The position numbers and the translations under genes are program-made. A DNA stretch of 64,000 nt from an uncultured delta proteobacterium (GTDB lineage Bacteria > Desulfobacterota > WTBG01): the NCBI GenBank assembly GCA_963793865.1, contig CAWCBP010000006.1:64001-128000 (forward strand). The letters run 5' to 3'. A model generated the notes under the pieces. The model was not told the origin of the DNA. It was given only the letters and a program-made list of their open reading frames with translations, and did not search any database. This document shows positions 39,964 to 49,197 of the stretch, piece after piece (position 1 is the first letter of the stretch; each line of letters opens with the position of its first letter).

Positions 39964-41664
39964 GTGTCATATCAGGTGATTGCGCGCAAGTGGCGGCCGC
40001 AGCGTTTTGATGACGTGGTCGGACAGAACCACGTGGTCAAAACCCTCCAGAATGCCATAGCCGGCGGCAGGATCGCGCACGCCTTTCTTTTTGCCGGTCA
40101 GCGGGGTATCGGTAAAACCTCCATTGCCCGCATTCTGGCCAGGGCGCTCAACTGCGAGCAGGGTCCCACACCCACACCCTGCGGCACCTGTCCCTCCTGC
40201 AGGGAGATTACCGAGGGGTCGACCATGGATGTGCTGGAGATCGACGGCGCATCCAACACGGGTGTCAATGATGTGCGGGAGTTGAGGGAGAGCGTCAAAT
40301 ACGTGCCCGCGCACGGCAGGTACAAGATTTATATTATTGATGAAGTGCACATGCTCTCGACTCCCGCTTTCAATGCCCTGCTCAAAACGCTTGAAGAGCC
40401 GCCCCCGCATGTCATCTTCATGTTTGCCACCACGGAAGTGCACAAGATTCCTTCCACCGTCCTTTCCCGCTGCCAGCGGTTTGATCTGCGCAGGATTTCC
40501 TTGGAAGCGCTGGTGGCGCATCTCCGCCACATTGCTGCCGGGGAGGGGATTACCGTCAGTGAAAAGGGCCTGCGGTGGATTGCCAGAGATGCCGAGGGAA
40601 GCATGCGGGATGCCCAGAGCATTCTGGACCGCGTCATTTCCTATGCGGGGAAAGAAGTTTCCGACAAGGACATCAGCGAGATAGTCGGCATGGTGGACCG
40701 GGATTTGCTGCTGCGGGCGTCGCAGGCCATAGTCAGCAAGGATGCGCAGACCTGCCTGTCAGTGGCGAAGGACCTCTTCCAGTGCGGCAGCGACGTACGG
40801 CAGTTTTATCACGCATTCCTTGAGCAGTTGCGCAACATGATCATGGTCAAGGTGAGCGAGAACCCCTCCCGGCTTCTGGACCTTTCGCCGGAGGAGTGCA
40901 CTGAACTGGCGGAGCAGGTCAAAGACTGTGAGCTGGAGACACTGCAGCGCCTGTTTGATATCTGGTTAAAAGGAGAGGAAGAGCTGTACCGGTCATCCAT
41001 GCCCCAGATCATTCTGGAGATGCTGCTGCTGAAGATGGTTTACAGCAGGCGCCTGCTGCCTGTGGACGATGCCCTGGCCAAACTGGCCGATATTGAGCGC
41101 AGGATTGCATGCCCCGCCGGTGCCGGAGAACCGCCTGCGGACGCGGCGGTGAAATCCCGCGGAGACAATGATGAAGTCCGCCGCGGCAGGGACGCTCCGG
41201 CTCAAAGGGGTGCGGCCGAAGAGCAGTCCCGGAGCTGGCCGGGGTTTCTCGCGTACGCGAAAAGAGAAAAGCCCATGCTGGCGGCGCTGCTGGATCATGG
41301 CTGCCTCGTTTCTCTCGATGAAACGAAGCTGGAGGTGGGCTTTGCCCCCGACTCAATTTTCCTGGAAAGTGCCAGGGACGCCGACAAGATCAGCCAGCTG
41401 AAAAAACTGAGCGAGGCTTTTTTCGGGCGGGCCCTGCGCGTTGCCGTTTCAGCCCTGGATAAAGACGCACTGCCTCCATCGCCGGAACCATTGCCTCAGG
41501 ATGAAGGGGCGGCAGTGCAGGTTGAAGAGCAGCCGCCGCAGGACAAGGCGCTTCTCCATGAGGCCCTCTCATTGTTTGACGCCACCATTGTGGAGGTGAA
41601 GGCGGAAGAGGGTGGAGGGAATCCGGCCGGCGGCACCCGGAAGCCGAGAGGAAGAAAGGGGTAA
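39964..41664 (+). CDS. dnaX: DNA polymerase III subunit gamma/tau
   Basis: ARKWRPQ, GQRGIGKT, EIDGASN, IIDEVHML, LKTLEEPP, SRCQ. Confidence 0.97.
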   Translation: MSYQVIARKWRPQRFDDVVGQNHVVKTLQNAIAGGRIAHAFLFAGQRGIGKTSIARILARALNCEQGPTPTPCGTCPSCREITEGSTMDVLEIDGASNTGVNDVRELRESVKYVPAHGRYKIYIIDEVHMLSTPAFNALLKTLEEPPPHVIFMFATTEVHKIPSTVLSRCQRFDLRRISLEALVAHLRHIAAGEGITVSEKGLRWIARDAEGSMRDAQSILDRVISYAGKEVSDKDISEIVGMVDRDLLLRASQAIVSKDAQTCLSVAKDLFQCGSDVRQFYHAFLEQLRNMIMVKVSENPSRLLDLSPEECTELAEQVKDCELETLQRLFDIWLKGEEELYRSSMPQIILEMLLLKMVYSRRLLPVDDALAKLADIERRIACPAGAGEPPADAAVKSRGDNDEVRRGRDAPAQRGAAEEQSRSWPGFLAYAKREKPMLAALLDHGCLVSLDETKLEVGFAPDSIFLESARDADKISQLKKLSEAFFGRALRVAVSALDKDALPPSPEPLPQDEGAAVQVEEQPPQDKALLHEALSLFDATIVEVKAEEGGGNPAGGTRKPRGRKG

Positions 41665-42000
41665 GGGATAAGGGATGTGGGATATGCGATAGAAGAGAGA
41701 GGAAAAGTCGTTATCCCGGATCACACATCTCATAGCTCATTTCACAAATCCAAATGACCAAAATTCAAAAGAGAGGCAAACGCTGGTTCGTAGTCCACAG
41801 TCGGCAGTAAGGACAAAAGGAAGACCTGCTGTTATTCTTCGTGTTCTTCATCATTCTTTCTTCGTGGGCTTCGTGGTTGCAGTTTTGAACATTTGATATT
41901 TTGATTTTGAAATTGTTTGGGATTTGGACATTGGATTTTGGGTTTGCGCATCCCGCATCGCATATCCCAAATCGCACATCACACATCTCAGATCGCACCC
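41665..42000. repeat. Multi-layer nested short tandem/inverted repeats
   Basis: Outer GAT/ATC heptamer arms, inner caaatcc/gatttgg-type arms, central 9-mer cttcgtgNN units. Confidence 0.8.
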
Positions 42001-42016
42001 AAGGGGAGTTACGCAT

Positions 42017-42331
42017 ATGAAGGATTTAGGCTCCATCATGAAACAGGCCCAGAAAATCCAGGCTCAGATGGCGAAAATGCAGGAAGAGCTGTCGTCCCGG
42101 ACAGTCGAGGCGAGCGCGGGCGGGGGCATGATTACCGTGGTCGCCAACGGGAAGCAGGAAGTGATTTCGATCCGCATTGAACCCGAGGTGATTGATGCCA
42201 GCGACAGGGAAATGCTGCAGGACCTGGTCGTGGCTGCGGTGAATGAAGCATTGCGGAAATCGCAGGAAATGGTATCAGAGGAAATGAAGAAAATCACCGG
42301 CGGACTCAACATCCCCGGATTAACCTTCTAA
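42017..42331 (+). CDS. ybaB: YbaB/EbfC nucleoid-associated protein
   Basis: MKQAQKIQ, ASAGGGMI, EMLQDLVVAAVNEA. Confidence 0.95.
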   Translation: MKDLGSIMKQAQKIQAQMAKMQEELSSRTVEASAGGGMITVVANGKQEVISIRIEPEVIDASDREMLQDLVVAAVNEALRKSQEMVSEEMKKITGGLNIPGLTF

Positions 42332-42456
42332 CAGGCTGTTGAAAAACACCCATCTGCTTCGTTACGCTCATCCTTCGTCATTGCGACGTACTTGTATGGA
42401 CGCCTCATTCCTCAGGATTTCGCGTGCCTTGCATCTGGATATTTTTGAACAGCCTG
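42332..42456. mobile_element. 125-bp MITE-like element
   Basis: Terminal inverted repeats CAGGCTGTTGAAAAA / TTTTTGAACAGCCTG (14/15 match), preceded by CTAA; non-coding. Confidence 0.7.
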
Positions 42457-42497
42457 AATAAAAATACTCAACAACCTTCTGATGGAATGCGGCAGCC

Positions 42498-43097
42498 ATG
42501 AGCAGAGTAGCGGAACCCATCAACCAGCTGATCAAAAGACTTACCAGGCTGCCGGGCATCGGCGAGAAGACGGCATCGCGACTGGCGCTCCATATACTGC
42601 GCGCGCCCCGGGAAGAGGCGAGGGAACTTGCGGAGAGCATATGTGCAGTTAAGGAAAAAATCACCCTCTGCTCCCAGTGCTATAATCTTACCGATGCCGA
42701 CCCCTGTAACATTTGTGAAGGCGGGGACCGGGACCGGTCACTGCTCTGCGTGGTGGAAGAGCCGGGCGACCTGATGGCCCTGGAAAACAGCGGCGAGTTC
42801 AGGGGCCTTTATCATGTGCTGCACGGCGTCATATCGCCCCTGGACGGGGTTACCCCGGATGACATTAAGATTCAGGAGCTGCTCAAGCGGCTTGAAGGGG
42901 GGCAGGTGAAGGAGGTCATTCTGGCTACCAACCCCACCACCAACGGCAATGCCACCGCCCTCTACCTTTCGAAAATCATAAGCCCCCTCGGCATAGCGGT
43001 GACCCGCATCGCCCAGGGCATACCCATGGGCGGAGACATCGAGTACACCGATGAAGGGACCCTGAAGAAGGCCATGGAGGGCAGGAGGCAGTTCTAA
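42498..43097 (+). CDS. recR: Recombination mediator RecR
   Basis: LPGIGEKTA, C4 zinc finger, YHVLHG, EVILAT, GIPMGGDIEY. Confidence 0.97.
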   Translation: MSRVAEPINQLIKRLTRLPGIGEKTASRLALHILRAPREEARELAESICAVKEKITLCSQCYNLTDADPCNICEGGDRDRSLLCVVEEPGDLMALENSGEFRGLYHVLHGVISPLDGVTPDDIKIQELLKRLEGGQVKEVILATNPTTNGNATALYLSKIISPLGIAVTRIAQGIPMGGDIEYTDEGTLKKAMEGRRQF

Positions 43098-43193
43098 CAG
43101 GCCGTACAGGAGCCAAAAAAACAGTTGACATAAAATTGGGCTTCATGATAGATATCCGCATTCGATTGACGGAACAGGAAGGAGGAACCGGGG

Positions 43194-43364
43194 ATGGTGA
43201 AGATTGATGTAGACAAGTGCGTGGGATGTGGCGGCTGCATAGATTTATGTCCGGCCACTGCCATAACCTTGGTTGATGATAGAAGTCATGTTAACATCGA
43301 TCTTTGTTTGGAGTGCTTTACCTGCGTTAAGGTCTGCCCGGTGAAGGCGCCTCAGCAGGTATAA
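43194..43364 (+). CDS. 2[4Fe-4S] ferredoxin (56 aa; not in the ORF track)
   Basis: SD ggagg; MVKIDVDKCVGCGGCIDLCP...CLECFTCVKVCPVKAPQQV. Confidence 0.93.
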   Translation: MVKIDVDKCVGCGGCIDLCPATAITLVDDRSHVNIDLCLECFTCVKVCPVKAPQQV

Positions 43365-43477
43365 TCGATTGCCCTGCCCCAGGTTGTGCGCACGACATTT
43401 TTCCCCTTACTCATGTCCTTACTGCATTAAGAAGCTTGCTGTTTGTTTAATCCCGGTGCGAAGAGGGCTGCTGTGTC

Positions 43478-44026
43478 ATGATTGAGGTGCGATTTCACGG
43501 AAGAGGCGGCCAGGGGGCCGTTACCTCGGCGGAGCTGGTTGCGCTTGCGGCCATTAGTGAGGGTAAATATGCCCAATCGTTTCCGAGCTTCGGGCCGGAG
43601 CGCAGGGGAGCCCCCGTCCAGTCCTTCACCCGGGTGAGCGACCAGCCCATACGGTTGCGCACAGCCATCCGTGAGCCCGATTTTTCGGTGGTGCTGGACC
43701 CCGGCCTGATCCTCGTGGGCGGCGCCCTTTCGGGGCTCAAGCAGAAGGGGATCGTGGTCATCAATACCAGGAAATCCATTGCGGAAATCAAAAAGGAATT
43801 TTCCATCACCAGCCGGACCGCGGTCGTGGACGCAACCAGGATTGCCCTTGACGCCCTCGGCCTCCCCATTACCAATACCACCATGATCGGCGCTCTGGTA
43901 AAAGCTTCGGGCATCGTCGACATGGAGTCGCTTGTGGAGCCGCTCCGCCACCGCTTCGGAAAAATTGCCGAGAAAAATATCAAGGTGTGCCGGCTGGCCT
44001 ATGAAGCAACGGTCATAGAGGAGTGA
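43478..44026 (+). CDS. porC: Pyruvate/2-oxoacid:ferredoxin oxidoreductase gamma subunit
   Basis: EVRFHGRGGQG, FGPERRGAP. Confidence 0.93.
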   Translation: MIEVRFHGRGGQGAVTSAELVALAAISEGKYAQSFPSFGPERRGAPVQSFTRVSDQPIRLRTAIREPDFSVVLDPGLILVGGALSGLKQKGIVVINTRKSIAEIKKEFSITSRTAVVDATRIALDALGLPITNTTMIGALVKASGIVDMESLVEPLRHRFGKIAEKNIKVCRLAYEATVIEE

Positions 44027-44029
44027 TCT

Positions 44030-44329
44030 GTGGCAGCGAAGCCTGAAAATGAGCTGACCTGGAAGGATCTGGAGATCGGCTGTGTGATCACCGAGCCGGG
44101 CAATGCCAGCTGTTATCAAACCGGTGACTGGCGATCACAGCGGCCGACCTACGATACCTCCAAATGCATCAAGTGCGGGCTGTGCGCCCTCAATTGTCCT
44201 GAACCCTGCATCCACGAAACAGAGGAGGGTTTTTACAAGGCGGACCTGTATTACTGCAAGGGTTGCGGGACGTGCGCCCGGGTATGCCCAAAATCGGTTA
44301 TCACCATGGTGCAAGAGGAAGAGCAATGA
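44030..44329 (+). CDS. porD: Pyruvate/2-oxoacid:ferredoxin oxidoreductase delta subunit
   Basis: TGDWRSQRP, two CxxCxxCxxxCP motifs. Confidence 0.93.
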   Translation: MAAKPENELTWKDLEIGCVITEPGNASCYQTGDWRSQRPTYDTSKCIKCGLCALNCPEPCIHETEEGFYKADLYYCKGCGTCARVCPKSVITMVQEEEQ

Positions 44330-45501
44330 GCAAAAGGGTAGGCATGGAGGCCTCCGTTGCGATTGCGGAGGCGGCAAAACTGGCCCGGGTTGAAGTGGTT
44401 GCAGCGTACCCGATTACGCCCCAGACCCATATTGTGGAGCGTTTCTCGGAGCTGGTTGCTGACGGGGAAGTGGATGCCGAATACGTGTGCGTGGAGTCGG
44501 AACACTCCGCGCTGAGCGCCTGCCTGGGTTCAGCGGCAACCGGCGCGCGTACCTTCACGGCCACAGCAGGCCAGGGGCTGGAACTGATGCACGAAGTGCT
44601 CTATGTGGCCTCGTCCTCCCGGCTGCCTATTGTGATGGCAGTAACCAACCGTGCGCTTTCCGGGCCGCTCAACGTCTGGGGGGACCACTCCGACGTCATG
44701 GCAACCAGAGACTGCGGCTGGATCCAGATCTTCTGCACTGACGGGCAGGAGGCCTTTGACCAGACCATCTGTGCCTTCCGGATGGCGGAAGACGCCAGGG
44801 TTCTCTTCCCGGTGATGGTGCACCTTGACGGCTTCCATGTGTCTCACGTGGTTGAGCCGATTTTTCTCCTCGAACAGAACGAGGTGGATGCGTTTCTTCC
44901 GCCCTACAAATATCCCTTTCCCCTTCACCCGGACAAGCCGGTGACCATGGGCGCCTTTGCGGGGCCGGCAATTTACACTGAGGCGCGGAAGGCCCAGGAA
45001 GAGGCACTGAAAGCTTCCAGGAGCACCATCTGCGCGGTATGGGATGAGTTCGGCAAAAAGTTCGGACGCCGCTATACCCCGGTTGAAACCTACCGGGCTG
45101 AGGACGCTGAGCTGTTATTGCTGATCATGGGCAGCTTCAGCCAGACCGCCGAGGTGGCTGTGGACGCCTTGCGGCAAAAAGGGAAGAAAGTGGGGATGGT
45201 GAGGATCCGCCTGTGGAGGCCGTTTCCCTTTGAGGAATTCCGTCAGGCGGTAAGCAATGCCGGGGTGCTTGCCGTGTTTGATCGCTGCCTTTCCTATGGC
45301 GGCAGCGGCGGTCCCTTGTGCAGCGGCATCAAGGCGGCACTGTACGACGCAAAGGTCAAACCGGCTGTGTACGGCTTTGTGGGCGGCCTGGGCGGACGGG
45401 ATGTGTTCCCGGATGAATTTGAGCGGCTGATCGAAAGAGCATTTGCCCTTGCGGCTCAGGGGAAGGAAGGTACCTACGAGATGATCGGAGTGAGGGAGTG
45501 A
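44326..45501 (+). CDS. porA: Pyruvate/2-oxoacid:ferredoxin oxidoreductase alpha subunit
   Basis: AYPITPQT, VESEHSA, NRALSGP, GLGGRD; ATGA coupling to porD. Confidence 0.94.
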   Translation: MSKRVGMEASVAIAEAAKLARVEVVAAYPITPQTHIVERFSELVADGEVDAEYVCVESEHSALSACLGSAATGARTFTATAGQGLELMHEVLYVASSSRLPIVMAVTNRALSGPLNVWGDHSDVMATRDCGWIQIFCTDGQEAFDQTICAFRMAEDARVLFPVMVHLDGFHVSHVVEPIFLLEQNEVDAFLPPYKYPFPLHPDKPVTMGAFAGPAIYTEARKAQEEALKASRSTICAVWDEFGKKFGRRYTPVETYRAEDAELLLLIMGSFSQTAEVAVDALRQKGKKVGMVRIRLWRPFPFEEFRQAVSNAGVLAVFDRCLSYGGSGGPLCSGIKAALYDAKVKPAVYGFVGGLGGRDVFPDEFERLIERAFALAAQGKEGTYEMIGVRE

Positions 45502-46448
45502 TGGAGCAGCGTAATCTTACTAACGTTCCCCGGCCGGTTGAGCCGGATGAATATCTTGCACCCGGCCACCGGGCATGCATCGGATGCGGCGAGGTGTTGG
45601 CGCTGCGCATGGTGTGCAAGGCACTGGGCAAGGACGTCATCATCGCCAATGCCACCGGGTGCATGGAGATTGTAAGCTCTCCTTTTCCCACTACCTCCTG
45701 GCGTGTTCCCTGGATTCACACCCTGTTTGAAAACACCGCGGCAGTTGCTTCAGGCATTGAATGCGCGGTAAAAATTCTGGAGAAGAAGGGAAAAATCGCC
45801 CCCGGCCAGATTACCGTGGTGGGCATGGGCGGCGACGGGGGAACCAGCGACATCGGATTCCAGGCGCTTTCCGGCGCCCTGGAGCGGGGACACAACTTCA
45901 TCTACGTCTGCTTTGATAACGAAGCCTACATGAACACCGGCATCCAGCGCAGCAGCGCAACGCCCTTCGGGGCCATGACCACTACCTCGCCGCCGGGGAA
46001 GCTGAGCATCGGCCAGAAGACACGGAAAAAGAACATGCCGGAGATAGTAGTTGCGCACGGCATTCCCTACGTGGCAACTCTCAATCCCAGCTACCCCAGG
46101 GATTTGGCCAACAAGGTGCAGAAGGCAAAGAGCATCACGGGTGCCAAGTACCTGCACGTCTACTCGGCATGCCCCACCGGCTGGCGCGCGGCAACCGACC
46201 TCAGCATCGAGCTGGGCAGGCTGGCCGTGGAAACGGGGATTTTCCCCCTGTACGAAGTGGAGAACGGAACCTACCGCCTGACCAAAAAGGTATCCAAGCT
46301 CAAGCCGGTGGGCGACTATCTGAAGCTGCAGGGGAGATTCCGCCACCTCACCGATGACATGCGCGAGCAGATTCAAAAGCAGGTGGATCACGACTACCAG
46401 GCGCTGATGAAGAAAGTGGGTGCCCGGACGCCAAAAGACGACCGGTAA
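45498..46448 (+). CDS. porB: Pyruvate/2-oxoacid:ferredoxin oxidoreductase beta subunit
   Basis: GHRACIGCG, GGDGG, DNEAYMNTGIQRS, CPTGW. Confidence 0.94.
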   Translation: MMEQRNLTNVPRPVEPDEYLAPGHRACIGCGEVLALRMVCKALGKDVIIANATGCMEIVSSPFPTTSWRVPWIHTLFENTAAVASGIECAVKILEKKGKIAPGQITVVGMGGDGGTSDIGFQALSGALERGHNFIYVCFDNEAYMNTGIQRSSATPFGAMTTTSPPGKLSIGQKTRKKNMPEIVVAHGIPYVATLNPSYPRDLANKVQKAKSITGAKYLHVYSACPTGWRAATDLSIELGRLAVETGIFPLYEVENGTYRLTKKVSKLKPVGDYLKLQGRFRHLTDDMREQIQKQVDHDYQALMKKVGARTPKDDR

Positions 46449-46488
46449 ATGACCTGCCGGGACTGCGGCAGGGAAAAGGGGATTACCC

Positions 46489-46911
46489 ATGTCACATGAA
46501 TTGAAGAAAGCCATCATTGATTTTATAGCAGGCTATCCATTTGCCAATCTGATTACCGTGGGCGAGGATGGAACACCCCGCGGGCGGATAATGGCCAACC
46601 TTCCCATCAGCGATGATATGGTCATCTGGTATGCCACCGGCGCGCAGTCGCGGAAGGTTGCCGAGATCCAAAAAAATCCCGCGGTCAGCGTATTTTACTA
46701 CCGGCCTTCCGATCACAGCAGCGTTTCCGCTCTGGGTACGGCCCGGATTGTGAAGGATGACGAGACCCGCAAAAAAATGTGGCAGGATGCCTGGAGCGCC
46801 TACTGGAAGGACGGGTATCGTGATCCGGCGTACTGCCTGATCAGGATCACCCCCAAAAAGATCGAGTTTCTTGATTACCCCAAGCACAAGCAGGAAACGA
46901 TGGACCTGTAA
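46489..46911 (+). CDS. Pyridoxamine 5'-phosphate oxidase-like / general stress protein 26 family
   Basis: DGTPRGRIM, IWYAT...SRKVAEIQKNPAV, DPAYCLI. Confidence 0.85.
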   Translation: MSHELKKAIIDFIAGYPFANLITVGEDGTPRGRIMANLPISDDMVIWYATGAQSRKVAEIQKNPAVSVFYYRPSDHSSVSALGTARIVKDDETRKKMWQDAWSAYWKDGYRDPAYCLIRITPKKIEFLDYPKHKQETMDL

Positions 46912-46951
46912 TCCTGGTGTGCGGTCACGGCGGCTTTAAAATGTAATCATG

Positions 46952-46982
46952 AAAAAGGGTGCGCTCTCACGCACCCTTTTTA
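46952..46982. terminator. Bidirectional Rho-independent terminator
   Basis: aaaaagggtgcg-loop-cgcaccctttttt. Confidence 0.8.
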
Positions 46983-47011
46983 ACTGGTAGAGAAGCATTA
47001 CAAGGAACACT

Positions 47012-47830
47012 GTGCAAACCGGCCCGTTACACCTTTGCCAGCCTGACGGCGCCAAATCATGCGGCGCCTGCTGCGGCCTCTACAACTGGGAAAACCATTC
47101 CCGGGCAGCGCTGCAAACCCTTTTAAACGCACGCACCCATCTTTTTGCCTCAGCCGCAGCGCGGGGGGATTTGGAGAGCTATTGCAGGATGGCCGCAAAA
47201 CTTTCCCCGGGCCCGAAGCTCTGCGAGACCATCTACAACTGCGAGTTTTTGGGGTTTGTGGACGATGAACGCACGCGGGTCGGCTGCATGCTCCACCCCT
47301 CCCTCAACCGGGGCGTCGATTTGCGCGCCCGCTCATTTTACGGCGCGAAGCTCTGCGCGGACCACTATTGCATCGGCTTTACCTGCCTGAGCGACATTGA
47401 GCAGCGGGCGGTCGTCCTCTCCCTTGAGGACTGGTACCTCTACGGGCTGGTCATAACCGATATCGATCTGGTGAAATCCTTTTTCGCTCACGCGGAGAAC
47501 CGGATGGGAGACTGCGTGCGCCATGGTCCGCTCGCGGACGACACCGTTCGCCGGGCACTGAGGGATTTCTTCCGGCTTAAGGAGCACTGGAAGTTTGCAT
47601 CAGCTGCAAACATGCTGGGCAAGTATTATTTTTCTCAAGGGGAATATTACAGCGCGCGGATCGAATATGAAAAAAGGCCGGGAAGCAGGCGCTCCCCCTA
47701 TGACCGTATCCTGGTTAGCCTTTCCTCCGACTTCCGGCGTGCGGAGGACCTCGCGGAAGCCGAGGCCATTATCGACGGGCACCTGACGCGCTTTATCAGC
47801 GCTTATGGCGCGGCGTGCGGCGGGGGTTGA
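47012..47830 (+). CDS. Cys-rich hypothetical protein (possible metal/Fe-S binding)
   Basis: CQP...SCGACCGLYN, CEFLGF, GCMLHP, LCADHYC. Confidence 0.75.
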   Translation: MQTGPLHLCQPDGAKSCGACCGLYNWENHSRAALQTLLNARTHLFASAAARGDLESYCRMAAKLSPGPKLCETIYNCEFLGFVDDERTRVGCMLHPSLNRGVDLRARSFYGAKLCADHYCIGFTCLSDIEQRAVVLSLEDWYLYGLVITDIDLVKSFFAHAENRMGDCVRHGPLADDTVRRALRDFFRLKEHWKFASAANMLGKYYFSQGEYYSARIEYEKRPGSRRSPYDRILVSLSSDFRRAEDLAEAEAIIDGHLTRFISAYGAACGGG

Positions 47831-48714
47831 TCAATCTCATCCCTGACCGCGATCAGCGCGAAGCCGGCGATCTGCCGGTCCTCCGCCATTCTCCGGCAGA
47901 GGTGTTCGAGGGGCTCGTCCTCGACCCGCTTGTGAATGGAACTGGCGTGGCGGAAGAGTGTTTTCCCGTCCCCGGACCTGATGATGAAACCGAGATGGGA
48001 GGCAAAAATGCCTTCCCCGGCGGTGATGAGCACCAGGATCTCGCTTCCCTTCAGCCGTGCTGCCGCCGCCGGCAGGTGCCGGGAAGGAATATAGCGAACG
48101 CTCATGCGCTGCGGCTCCGGCCGGTCGGCGGCTTCAGCGCACCCGCGTGAGGCGGCGAAACCCTTTCGATCAATGGTTTTGGTCATTTCCCGGCACAACT
48201 TTCCCCCGATGTCCGCGGTTATATCCTTCAGCAGCCACCCATTGTTGGGAAGCCAGTCGGCCATCACAAAGTGATTGCGGGTTGCGAAGCTTATAACCCC
48301 TCCGCGATACCTGATCCGCTGAAGGTTGCGGAAGGCCTGCTCATAATTGTTTGAAACTGCCAGGGCGAGCATCTGCTCGCAAAAGGTGACACAGTCCGCC
48401 CGGCTCAGATCCATGAGCGGGTCCCTGTCACAGGCGCCGCCGCTTCCCTCACCCAGGCTGTCGGACGCATAGGGGGTTCCGAGGGCCAGCTCGGAATAGG
48501 CCGCGATTTTTTCAGAGACCGTGGCGCGGGTGCGGGAAATGGAGGCGATAACTTCGTCGGCCTGGGGAATGGTCAGCCGGTGCAGGTTGACCCGGGGCAG
48601 AGTATCCTCCGAAGGTGGCGCCGCTCCGGCGGGTGCGGTTTCTGTGGTGATAAGGATAAGCATGAAGATTGAGAAGGGTTTGGGAAATAAATTTAGCAGC
48701 GAAAGATGCTTCAT
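47803..48714 (-). CDS. DUF1460 / N-acetylmuramoyl-L-alanine amidase-like (NlpC/P60 fold)
   Basis: LGTPY...LGEG, DCVTFCE, IRYRGG, RNHF, SHLG, RHASS. Confidence 0.85.
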   Translation of the reverse strand: MKHLSLLNLFPKPFSIFMLILITTETAPAGAAPPSEDTLPRVNLHRLTIPQADEVIASISRTRATVSEKIAAYSELALGTPYASDSLGEGSGGACDRDPLMDLSRADCVTFCEQMLALAVSNNYEQAFRNLQRIRYRGGVISFATRNHFVMADWLPNNGWLLKDITADIGGKLCREMTKTIDRKGFAASRGCAEAADRPEPQRMSVRYIPSRHLPAAAARLKGSEILVLITAGEGIFASHLGFIIRSGDGKTLFRHASSIHKRVEDEPLEHLCRRMAEDRQIAGFALIAVRDEIDQPPPHAAP

Positions 48715-48741
48715 GGGGAGCGCGCGCATACGGGGATGAAG

Positions 48742-48782
48742 AAAAAACTAATGGCAGCTTTCAGGGCTGCCATTAGTTTTTT
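48742..48782. terminator. Bidirectional terminator downstream of the cold-shock gene
   Basis: aaaaaactaatggcagc-loop-gctgccattagtttttt. Confidence 0.85.
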
Positions 48783-48799
48783 AGTTCGTGATGAGGTCT

Positions 48800-49000
48800 T
48801 TACGTGAGCTTGACATTAATGGCCTGGGGGCCCTTCGGCCCATCCTGAACCTCGAACTCGACGGGGTCGCCTTCCTTCAAGGTTTTGAATCCCTCTGCCT
48901 TGATGCTGGTATAATGCACGAACACATCATTACCATTTTCCTGTGACAAAAAACCATAGCCCTTCTTCTCATTAAACCACTTCACTGTTCCTTTAACCAT
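48800..49000 (-). CDS. Cold-shock protein
   Basis: [30 protein letters not shown]. Confidence 0.97.
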   Translation of the reverse strand: MVKGTVKWFNEKKGYGFLSQENGNDVFVHYTSIKAEGFKTLKEGDPVEFEVQDGPKGPQAINVKLT

Positions 49001-49197
49001 ACTTCTGACCCCCTATGCATAATAAATTGTTGAACCTCCTTGACACTTAATCCCTCACCCCCCATCAAGAAAAGGTTTGTCTTTTTTAACAGCGGTGGAG
49101 ATTAATGCAAGACTTTGTCCAAAATGTAGCAGAAATCGGATTTTTAGTCAATAAAAAATATCAAGAAACAGGCTGGTCGGATACCCTGCGGCACTTT

